Shown here: positions 22,601 through 33,393 of the stretch, piece after piece | Numbering within the stretch: position 1 is the stretch's first letter | Layout of the letters: every line of letters begins with the position of its first letter | Assembly (NCBI GenBank): GCA_043228905.1 | Contig: JBHGNT010000226.1 | Span: forward strand, 1 to 48,565 | DNA from: Azolla caroliniana | Taxonomy: Eukaryota; Plantae; Polypodiophyta | DNA length: 48,565 bases | Direction of reading: 5' to 3' | The notes under the pieces: model-generated | What the model saw: the letters and a program-made list of their open reading frames with translations, nothing else | What the model was told of the DNA's origin: nothing | Database searches by the model: none | Position numbers and translations under genes: made by a program

Positions 22601-24964
22601 TGAAGAAACAGAACCGGCCGAAGAAGATGAAAATGATACCGGAACCGGCCCCGATCCCGAAATGGATTCGGACGAAGAAGAATCGGAAGAACCGGTTACC
22701 GAAGCTCCGGAACGGAGATATCCTCTAAGAGAGAGAAGGGCCCCCCGGAGATTTCCGGAACCAGAGCACGTGCTGCTAACCGACGAGGGGGAGCCGGAGA
22801 GCTTTGAAGAAGCAAAGCATGACACCCAGAGCCGCAGGTGGTTGAGTGCCATGCAGGACGAGATGGATTCCCTGCATGAGAACCACACATATGAACTTGT
22901 GGAGTTGCCGAAAGGAAAGCGGGCACTTCGAAACAAGTGGGTATTCAAGCTGAAACCGGGAGATCCGGAAACCCCCCGAGATACAAAGCCAGGATCGTGG
23001 TGAAGGGGTTTCAGCAGAAGAAGGGCGTCGACTTCGACGAGATATTTGCCCCGGTAGTGAAGATGACCTCCATCCGGACGGTGCTGAGCATAGCGGCAAG
23101 CATGGACCTCGAGGTAGAACAGATGGACGTGAAGACGACATTCCTTCACGGTGACCTCGAAGAAGAGATCTACATGCAGCAACCGGAAGGATTCGAGAAG
23201 AAAGGGAAGGAGCACCTGGTATGCCGGCTGAAGAAGAGCCTTTACGGACTGAAGCAGGCTCCCCGGCAATGGTACCGGAAGTTCGACTCTTTCATGACCG
23301 ACGAAGGGTACCTCAAAACGCAGTCCGACCACTTCGTGTTTGTGAAGAAGTTTCAAGGAGGAGACTTTCTAATACTCCTCCTGTACGTGGACGACATGTT
23401 GATCGTCGGACGGGACCAGGTCAAGATACGGATGCTGAAGAAGGCTCTTCACCGAACCTTCTCAATGAAAGACCTGGGTCCGGCGAGGCAAATACTAGGG
23501 ATGCACATCATCCGGGACCGGAAGAAGAAGCAGTTGTGGCTGTCACAGGAGAAGTACGTGACAAAGGTGCTTCACCGGTTCAACATGTCGGAAGCAAGAC
23601 CGGTCGGGTCAACACTCCCGGCAAACTGCAAGCTGTCCAGCAAGCAAAGCCCCAAGACAAAGGCTGAGAAGGAGGACATGATGAAAGTACCATATGCCTC
23701 TGCCGTCGGGAGCTTGATGTACGCAATGGTGTGTACCCGACCGGACATCGGATATGTAATCGGAGTGGTGAGCCGGTACATGAGCAATCCCGGCAAAGAG
23801 CATTGGAACGCGGCCAAGTGGATACTCCGATACCTGAAGGGCACGGCAAACGTGTGCCTCCGATTCGGCTCCGGTAAGCCCGAACTCGACGGCTTCACCG
23901 ATTCGGATATGGCGGCTGATGCAGATACCAGCCGGTCCACATCAGGGTATGTGATGACGTATGCAAGGGGAGCTGTTTCATGGCAGTCGAGGCTGCAGAA
24001 GACGGTTGCGTTGTCAACCACGGAGGCGGAGTACATGGCGGCTGTTGAAGCCGGCAAGGAAATAATATGGATGAAGGACTTCATTAGAGAGCTCGGTATC
24101 CGGCAGGAGGAGTACCGACTCTACTGCGACAGTCAGAGTGCAATCCACCTTGCGAAGAACGCGGCCTATCACTCCCGGACGAAGCACATCCAGCGAAGAT
24201 ATCACTGGATCCGGGAAAGGATAGAAGACAAGGAGTTCGTGCTGACGAAGATCCACACGGACGAGAACGGGTCGGATATGCTGACCAAGGTGCTCACACC
24301 CGACAAGCTGGAAGCATGCCGGAAGAGGATCGGATTGGAGAGACATCCCATGCCGAAGTGAAGGGGGAGTTTGTTGGGATTACGGTCCCTTCGGATGGGA
24401 TGGCCGGATGTCGGAGATGAATGACGACAAGCCCGGTTGCGGTTTCGGAACCGGATGATGAATACCCCGACTTCGGAGCCGGACGACGAATGTACCCGGA
24501 GAGAGATCCGGATGCGGGGACATATCTGTGAATATGTTTGCCAAGGGCCCTTGAGGCTATAGTTGTAAATAGCCCTAAAGTCATATGTGTATAAATATGA
24601 CTTAGGGCAAACAGTTTTTATGTTGCTACTCATTTTTCTGTTTTTCCACTCAAGAGGAGTGAAGAGAGAGCAGCCGTGAGAGAGATAGAGCGTGAGAGAG
24701 GAAGAGGTCGACGCCTCTGTGTATTTCTGCCGCCTGTGGCGAGGACAGCGAGCTCAAGGTCGTCGCCTTGCAGCTCGCCATTGTATACTTCTCTGTGCAT
24801 AGTTTTGGTTTGGAGTCTTGTACTCCCGTGGTTTTTTCCCGTACAGGGTTTTCCACGTTAAATCGTGTGTCCACTGCATTTCCCATTTTCTGCAACAACG
24901 ATTCGTGTGTTTCCTTGGTTGTGGCCAAGAGATGAAGTTTGGAAAGTGTCGATTATTTCCATCA
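19666..24964 (+). mobile_element. Copia B, Tnt1/Tork-like, full length, inserted in the 3' LTR of Copia A
   Basis: 593-bp LTRs 19666-20258 and 24372-24964 (about 7 substitutions); TSD AGTAT (19661-19665, 24965-24969); PBS TGGTATCAGAGC 20262-20273; PPT 24360-24369. Confidence 0.97.
20289..24361 (+). pseudogene. Copia B gag-pol, intact except for a single 1-bp deletion near 22965
   Basis: ORFs 20112-23003 and 22937-24361 overlap. B reads GGAGATCCGGA where A reads GGAGATGCCGG. Catalytic motifs present (WVVDSGAS, ADNGGEY, LYVDD). Confidence 0.95.
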
Positions 24965-25346
24965 AGTATAAATATGACTTAGGGCAAACTAATAGTGTGG
25001 TTGTCGTTTCTTATTGGTGCAAGAGAAGAGAGAGTGCGTAACTGTACAGAGAGAGAGAGAGAGGGAAAGAGGTCGTTGCCTCTGTTGTAACCGCCGCCTG
25101 TGGCGAAGATCTGTGAGCACGAGGTCGTTGCCTCAGTGAACTCACTATTGTACATTCTTACATAGTGACAGTTTGCAGCCTGTGGGCTGTCGTGGTTTTT
25201 CCCCTAGTTTGGGGTTTTCCACGTAAACCTCCTGTGTATCTTCCTCTTCTTTGTGTCGTGTTTTATTTCCAGTTTTCTGTGTATGAAAAGAATCTCGGTT
25301 GTGGCCGAGCGTTGCGCATAAGGAGCGTTGAGTTCCCGTCAGTTTG

Positions 25347-25533
25347 TCCACGACACTAGCCTATTAGATAGGCGTATTTTTGGGGATTTTGTGTCACAAC
25401 TCAATTACGATCATTGAAGTACTTGTCAGTACTCCTATTTGTCCTATGTGGACGTGTATACTTATTGCTCATAGAGCACATTGTATATACAGAGTGTTGA
25501 GTGTTAGTTTGAATATAGTTTTTTGTGTGTTCT

Positions 25534-25605
<72 letters not shown>

Positions 25606-25610
25606 ACGTA
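25347..25610 (+). repeat. Remainder of Copia D 3' LTR plus (TC)~34 microsatellite (25536-25603)
   Basis: Follows the Copia A TSD; right boundary uncertain. Confidence 0.6.
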
Positions 25611-25699
25611 TTCTCTATGTAATTTAAGCTTTCCATTAAACTTGCATATATTTTCGGTTACTATCCGGCAAAACCGGTTGAGTCTATACGCTTTCGCAC

Positions 25700-26492
25700 G
25701 CTACTCATTACAAACGGAGCAGACACAACCAGAGTAACCGAGGGAGAAGGAGTCGATGCAGCAGAGGATGGATGAGGAGAATGCACCACAAACTGCACAA
25801 GATGAACAACAACTGGCGGAACAGCCAGAGAATCAAGCACAGCCGCAACCGCAAACTATAGAGGGGGAGCCGTCACAAGGAGTACACCACCAGAACAAAC
25901 GACGGACAATCAACAAAGCATTCTGGACATTTTGGAGGAGATCTGAGACCATGTGGGTTCAACATGCAAGGCATTGTCCCATGGGCATGTCAGGTGTTGT
26001 CCAATGAAGTTGTGACCGGAGTTGGAGGAGTGAAAGGACAAAGAACCGGAATCAAGAAGAAGTGTGAACCAGATAAAATAGGAACCGAAGGATATTATAG
26101 GAAAAGAAGTAATAAACGAAACGTTGTAATGAAATAGATTAAAAGAAAAGAAATTATGAGGTGCCGAATACAGAAAGATGTACCGATCCGGATAAACACC
26201 ATTTTGTATCAGAACTGGCTACCTATATAAGCGGTCCGGATTGTATGAATTAAACAATGAATAATATAAACTTGTCTTTATTGTTGTATCTTGTGTACTT
26301 GTCCTCTACATCTTTATGCTTTAATCTTAGGTGTGTTCATTCATATCCAAATTGTGTATAAGATATTGTGTTAGATAACTGGATAGTGTGCATATGTATC
26401 GGAGAACACAACCAGATAATTCATAATTGTATGTGTGCATTATTCCATCCCCTCAACTACACCTTTGGATAGTATTCCGGAAAGGGAATACA
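25700..26492 (+). mobile_element. Remnant of a Gypsy-1-related element: end of extra ORF, pre-LTR motif and 3' LTR (~25995-26492)
   Basis: Encodes EQPENQAQPQPQ..QQSILDILEEI*, like Gypsy-1 EQPQAQPQPQ..EQSILNNLGEQ*. The 40-nt pre-LTR motif aligns with Gypsy-1; TGTTG..ATACA termini. Confidence 0.78.
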
Positions 26493-26499
26493 TTGTGTT

Positions 26500-28950
26500 T
26501 GCGACTAAGACTTAGTCCAAAATAAACATGTATGTATGTGCAAGTCTATGATGCCATAAGATGCTGAGATCTAGGTTTTCTTTTGTGGATACATAAAGTG
26601 CTTCTATGTCTGTATGTGTTGGTGGACAATGAATGTGGTAGAGCCCTTTATCAAGGAGCCTATAGATGTACTTTATTTTCTATCCATTGGGTGACTTATG
26701 CTTAATTTGTGCATATGTTTCTTCGAATTTTATGGAGGTGCAATTTTTGGTTTCTTGAGAGACTGATAATAGGTTTCTCGTAATTCCAGGAACAAAATAG
26801 ACATTGTCTACTATGAGGAGTTGATTGCCCTGTAGGAGAAAGGTTATGTCCCCTTTTCCTAAGGCATTTAGGTTGCCATTCTTACCAAACACAACTGAGA
26901 TTAGTACTGGTAAGGGGTGGCACCAAGTGTTGTTTGGTTGTTGTTTTTCATTGATTCATGCAGTCAAATCTTCTACAAGGAAGACTTGCAATAGATCATC
27001 ATAACCGTCAACAGTTTTCTCATTGTTTGTTTCAGTTGGGTATTTGACTCAATTTCTGAAATTTCTTCAGCTAGGTGGGCTTTTATTCGAGATCTAGTTC
27101 TTTAATATGATTGTTTATTTCTGGTTTGTTTGAACCTACATTGATTGTTTGCGTGTCCAGATTTATTACAAATGGTGCAAAAAATTTGTGAGAATCTAAG
27201 GTTCCTAGTTTGTGATCTAAAGTTTTCTGGGTAGTTTCTAGGCCTGTATTTTGTTATTTGATTTGATATTTGTTTGGTACGGTATGCTATCATTGCTTAT
27301 GTGTGTTGTGTTTGTTCAGGTCGGCGTGCCTTTTTCATTGCTTCTTCTTGTCTAATACAATTTATAAGGTCAATGAGAACTGTTGTGTTTGTATTGAAGT
27401 TTTGGGTGGTCACAAAAGTGCTCCAAGATGGTGTTAGTGCACCTTACAAGAGGAGCCTTTGCAATTTTGATTCAATTTCTACACCGGAGGTAAGATAGTC
27501 ATCTAATTTGTGTTTCCATGAGTTTATGAATGCATTCATTTGTCATCTTCTTGCATCTTTAAAATGACTAATGAGTTTAGAGTCATGACCTAATTTTCGT
27601 CTGCAGTTGGTTCAAATTCATTCTTTAAGTCGATCCGCATGGCATCCGCATGGCATTTGTGCTTCTGCAATTTCTTATTGCGTCAACTTGTTGGTCCTCC
27701 AGATTTGACATCATTTCTAGCTTTGCTGCTAGATCTTTTTCTTCCCATGCAGGATAGTTCGGGTTTGTCGTGTTGGTTTGCATGTATGTGTACTCAACTA
27801 CTACCCACAATTTCAATTGTTTGAAAAGGAGAGTCATTTTGCTACTCCATACTCTATAATTGGTATTGTTCAATTTGCTAATTGTTGTTTTTCTGTACAA
27901 GAAATTTTGGGATGAAGAAGAAGTTGTCAGAGCCATGGTTGTGAAAAATAATGTTTGTTCCGAACCAAGAGTGTGCAAGTTTTAGAAGAGTTTGATCTAA
28001 GGGTTGTTCTCTGATTTTTTATGGTAGAATTTTGGATGTCATCTAAAGGGGAACCTGCTCTAATACCATGTAGAGAATAGAGAGAGAGAGAGAGATTATA
28101 TTATCGTCTTCAGAGGTCAAATATGACCTATGAGACCAAAAATATTACATTTCACGTAATACGTGTGAAAGTGAGTAGTGCTCTTGATGTTCAAGAACTT
28201 TACTAATGAATGTTGCAATCGAGAGTGCACATTGTGGTTTTGAGAGAAATTCGTGCAAGGATTGGGCTCGATCGAAGAGATGTGGAAAGCATGGTCGAAT
28301 ATGATCAAAGGCAGAGCATTTTATCAAAGTGTGATACTCAAACTCTTGAACTTGTTTAGGGCAAAGTGTGCATAGCCAGCCACTCTCATCACTTGTGCCC
28401 CAACCCCCGTCTCACATCGCAATGCATGTGAGCTAAGTCACATGGAAGCAATGGTTCGAATGGCAGATAAGGGGATGGGCTCTAACATGTATCGATGTGT
28501 ACAGTTTCCCCGTTCCGCAAAGAATATGGTTTTGTAGTTCAGTTCAACATATGTAGTATAATGTGTGAAGCGTGAGCCTCCACATTTGTGCCATGTCACG
28601 ATACATTGGCATTGCAAAAAGGCCTTGTTTATAGAGGAATCCAGTGATGCATCATGAAGCAAGTGTCTTGCATCCCATCTACCAAACCATTTTTCTATAT
28701 ATTGCATTCAACCGAAACACAAAATTTTGCTTTTATGCGTCTTTTGGATCTTTTTGCTTGCTTCCCATGCAATTCTAGGAAGTTGATGTGAGGGACTTTC
28801 TTGAACCTTAAGCATGTATTCAACAACCCTTTCCATGGCCATAATCTCAATGGGAAGCGGCCCATTTCAAGGAGGGTGTAGGGAGTTTGTTTCTTAACTT
28901 GTAGAAACTTTGTAAGAATTTAATGTTTTTGGACATTTTCAAACTCTTTC

Positions 28951-28993
<43 letters not shown>

Positions 28994-29174
28994 ATTGTGG
29001 TTCTTCTCTACTAATTGTAGAGAGGCGTGTACATATATATTATTCTTATAGGAGAAATGTGTCCTTTACAAATGTAATGTTCTTGTGACTTTTCATAGGA
29101 AGAGTCATAACTACTTTTTTTATTTTACAATTTTCTTATTATCAAATTTTATTATTTTTCTTTAAATTTCAACA
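26500..29174 (-). mobile_element. Degenerate Copia E (5' LTR ~28069-29174 interrupted by a LINE; PBS 28057-28068; gag, protease, pre-integrase; truncated)
   Basis: PBS TGGTATTAGAGC; KLNNTNYRVWSSKM gag start; FCTICNKSGHANNQC; VYFVPGITRNLLSVSQ; LWHHRLAH near 26545. Far LTR boundary uncertain. Confidence 0.8.
28096..28953 (-). mobile_element. 5'-truncated non-LTR retrotransposon (LINE) ORF2 C-terminus
   Basis: Frameshifted translation ..LSSHALRCETG..LCTLCPKQVQEFEYHTLIKC.. (C-terminal CCHC typical of LINE ORF2); 3' stem-loop; (GA)n on both sides. Confidence 0.75.
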
Positions 29175-29962
29175 TTTTCTACTTGTTGAAACTCTTAAAT
29201 TTGATCTTTTAGGTTATTAGTCATGAACCATTCAAGGAAGAAATTCAAATTGCTTTGTGATTCTCTCCTCAAAGCATCTCTACTTTGTAGTCTCGAAGGT
29301 ATCATGTTATTGATTCCTTGTGGACAAATCCGATGATAGGTTGCTTAAACATTACAAGTGTTTGGGCATGGGTTTGGGTATGAGTATAGAGAAAATATCC
29401 AAACAAGGGTTGAGCCATGTCTAGGATATGATGTTCACCCAATTCGAACTAGTCTTTGGTGGGGGACACGAGAGGGTTGGGATGCTCTAATGATGAAATT
29501 ATTGGAGGTGAGGGATCCAAGCTGAGAGGCATACTTGTATGCTTTAGAAAAACATACAAGTAATGTTTGTTGAGTATGATGTCAACTCTCTGCAAGAAGT
29601 TGGGAGTACAATCACATATTTTCCTCCTCGCTTTTTATTCTTATTTTAAGAAAATATACCAAAATACTCACACCTAAATTATTCAAGAAAAAAACAATGG
29701 TTTTCACCAATTCCAGTGGTTGATTGTCGTAAAGTCCGATTGAATGAATGACGTGAGTTTTTCTTCTTTCTCTTAATGGATAAAATCTAAGTACTCACAT
29801 CATCAAATCACTGATTCCTCTTTCCTTGAGACATGGTAAGTAAAATTGAAAAATGGCAATTGTAAGTGGTATTATGATTTGTATACTTGGAAGGTCAAAT
29901 GCTTTAAAGCATTCCAAAATGTGATTCAAAGGTCTACTCAAACATTTATTGTGATTTAGATA

Positions 29963-30185
29963 TGGACATAACTTTAGGTTTGAATGGAAAGCCTAATTTA
30001 TAATAAATAAATGGGAACGGATAATTATCCTAGGATTTGAGGCAACCTAGCATGGTGAGCAACATGGAGGTACCTACATGACAATCAAGGGACTTTTGGC
30101 TTAAAGCCTCGGATTTATCCCTCTCTTTTTTTTTTATTAATTTATGATAAATTAGCCTTCCCATTCAAACCTAAAGCCATGTCCA
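29963..30185. mobile_element. MITE with ~40-bp terminal inverted repeats, probable TA TSD (Tc1/mariner/Stowaway-like)
   Basis: TGGACATAACTTTAGGTTTGAATGGAAAGCCTAATTTAT versus the reverse complement of ATAAATTAGCCTTCCCATTCAAACCTAAAGCCATGTCCA; TA on both flanks. Confidence 0.78.
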
Positions 30186-33100
30186 TAATAGATTTGGATA
30201 GAGATTGTGCATAATCTAAGAGGTTCTTTGTAAAACATAAAGGTTAACATTTAACAAGCAAAGTTACAATGTTGTAATTTCTTGTCATATAGGACACAAA
30301 GGTATGTTTTATAGGCAGTTTTTTTATGATGAGGAGTGGTTTTTTATTCTAAACTAAAGTATTTATTTAAGCTGATAGTTAGAACTTAACTTTGGTCAAG
30401 GAACGTGGGTAATTACCTATATGCACAACCTTACTATATTTCTTGATACTAATGTAGTATATTTCTTTGGAAAAAAATCTACAAGTTTATTTTAGCCAAT
30501 ATTTTCTACACTTTGGAAGAGGATTGTTTTTATCAAATTAAGATTCTATTTTATGCATAATCATATTAAATGATAGATCAATTATTAACATATTGTGGTG
30601 TGCATGTATGCAATATATACATGAATATATAAGTGGTTTTCATGAGAATAGCTTACAAAGACACAACCTACAATGTCATGTATTGTAAGTAGATTTCCAA
30701 TTTCTCACAGAAGCTTCAATTTCAAAAACAAGGGGTGACAAACCAATCCTCTTTTTTATCTTCCTTTTCCAAACAAACTAGGCCTAGTAGCATTACTATC
30801 TTTGAAAGTGCATGGGACACTTAGTGATGCAATGTAGTCGAGAAATGTTGCTAAACTCTATAAACATCAATAAGATCACATTATCAATGCACACTTTGGG
30901 TGATATATTTTTTGAAACATATAAAAACCCTAGCAATAAGATGGTGTGTGATGCTTTGGAATAGAAGAAATGGCATTGTGCACCTATAATTACTTACCAA
31001 AAAGTGATTACCTTCACCATCTTGTGACTAATTAGTAGTTGATTGCTGCCACAATAGAATTTAGAGACTACAAAGGAAATTTATTGATGTCTCATCTCAT
31101 TCTGAAAGTTTGTCTCATGAGGAAGTTCATGAGTTCATGATTACTTAGGAACAAACAGATCATATTATTACTTATGAAGATAACCAATTTTTTTATTTAA
31201 ACATTGTTACCCAAATCCATGGTTGCTCCCATATCATTATATCATAGTTCCTTCCATGTGTAGGTGATTGAAGTATCCGGATTTTTGCAAAATTCAGCAT
31301 TATATGAAAGGTTCTAGTATCTACTTATGCAACTCTTTGGTAAATTTTGGCAATTCAATATATTGAAGAGAATTCATCATCATGCTTGAAAGAGAATTGC
31401 TACATTAAAGTTTACTTGATGATCAAGCAACTCCAATTAATTTTCCCAACAAGATTGTTGACGTCTCATATATTACCTTCTTGAACACACAATTGATGCC
31501 GTAATGCCATCACACCATCCCACCTAGATAAGCTTGTTTTCCTCTATATTCTTCACCCAAAATGTGCTCACAAGCAACTACAATTATAGGAACGTCATTA
31601 CATAAACTATCTAAACCTATTATTGTGCATTGATAGTCTTAACTTAAATAACGTGAGTTTCTCACCATTCCCAAACTTTACTAACAATCAATCATGCACG
31701 TGGAGCTCTTCACTAGTGCCTTGTTCATTCAATGTTTCACATAAGTCTGTACATTGTGAGAACACATATTCCCTAATCTCTTCCAGATTTGCAATATTTC
31801 TAGTGGCATGCTACAATTTCGATCAATTAGAATGCAAAACAAATCTTCATGTGCACCAACAAGGTAAGGTGGAACCAACAGTATAGACAAAAATATACCA
31901 AAGGCTGGTAAGGATTGTGTGATGATCAAAACACCATAAGATTCTACTTTTGAAAAGAGAAAGGGGCATCCGGTTTGTTTTTTGTTTATTTTTCTCATGG
32001 CAAGCAATGATGAAATCAAAAGGCTTACTATAGGGGAATTCCAAGTGGATATGTAAAATAATCATTGGAGAACTAATACATATTGAAAGGTATATATTTA
32101 TTATTTACACGTTGAAATCATAAATTATTTTCTAAAGAAATTTATTTTTTAATGATGGAGAAAGGTAACTCTCCAAGACAACCAACAAACGTATGTTCTC
32201 TATATTAATGGGGTCAGGCAAAACTTGCCCATAAATTCAGAAATTTCCAGCATCATGAATATTTTGTGCCAAGTTTCAATGCTCTTAAGGTGAAGAACAA
32301 ACGTGGAAGTAATCGTCATCCATTGCATTATACCATGTGTTGCAAAGCACTTTTACCAATAATTTTAGTAGAAAATAGTTGCTCATAAATTATATAATTG
32401 TCAAAAAACAGTCTCATCCTTTTAGTATTGCTTTCGTATGAAAAGATGTATTCTTTTCATGATTTCAAGAGCATCTTGTGTTCATTGCACATGTCCAAGC
32501 AGGCAAAGAAATTGGGGCAGAAAACCTAGTACAGTTTTAAAATGATAAAAAAGAAAGCTACAGAAGTCAATGGCTACAAAGCATGGGTGATTAAATTTTA
32601 GCTAAAACTGCATTTGTTCATTTGATGGTGTTTGTTTGAATCTCACTGCTGCATGGTTTCAGCAGTTGTCCCCCGTCCTAATAACTAGTCAACTATCATC
32701 ATAATCAACAAAACATAAGATCAAGTCGGATAATATTTACTAGTGTCCACATCATGACCAAGTCAAGTTGCCTAAACCATGAAGGAATACGATAATCTCT
32801 ATACTACCATCTCCTTAGCGTAATGATTGGATGTAGTGTTCTTTCTCTGGCTTGATGTCTGTTTTCATTTAGGCCAGATTAAATTGCAAAACTGAATTAA
32901 TGAATCATCATCGTTCTTGAGCTTGAAACCACATTTATGCTATCAGATCTCTGAAATTCCTAGAATCTCACTCCTTGAAACTGAGGAACTGAAATTTTTT
33001 ATTTAGTATATTAGTAACGAAAATCGGAAAGCCTACAAACACCAAATATTTGATATGATCTAAGGTGTTTGTAAACATATATTTAGAACAGTTCAAACCA

Positions 33101-33393
33101 GTATTCATCAGGAGAACAATTCCTGGCATAAATTTGAGATTTCCTGAGATGAACAACACTGTTAAACAGTGCAGATCTCAAGAGGAAGCTGAGGATAATA
33201 AAGATTATACAGATTGAAATAGCACAAGATAGATCTTGGATTACATAGAGTTGAAAGCAGATTTATGAAGAGAATGTACCACACATTTCATGAAGAATTT
33301 AAGACATTAGGCTGTACAATATAGGAGTTAAGGATAAATTGCAATAGGATCACCAGAGTAATTGTTTGTATTTGTTATTTGAATAGTTTCTTT

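Larger units (their letters stand above)
14572..25341 (+). mobile_element. Copia A, Tnt1/Tork-like LTR retrotransposon (contains nested Copia B)
   Basis: 5' LTR 14572-15240; 3' LTR split into 19315-19665 and 24970-25341; TSD GTTTG (14567-14571, 25342-25346); Met-i PBS TGGTATCAAAGC 15243-15254; PPT GAAGGGGGAG 19303-19312. Confidence 0.96.

Noticed and set aside
25401-25737. ORFs with (ER)n or (LS)n runs
   Set aside because: Translations of a (TC)n microsatellite.
30200-33390. Short ORFs and possible decayed transposase fragments in AT-rich DNA downstream of the BSD gene
   Set aside because: No convincing motifs or splice structure by eye; cannot be supported without a homology search.
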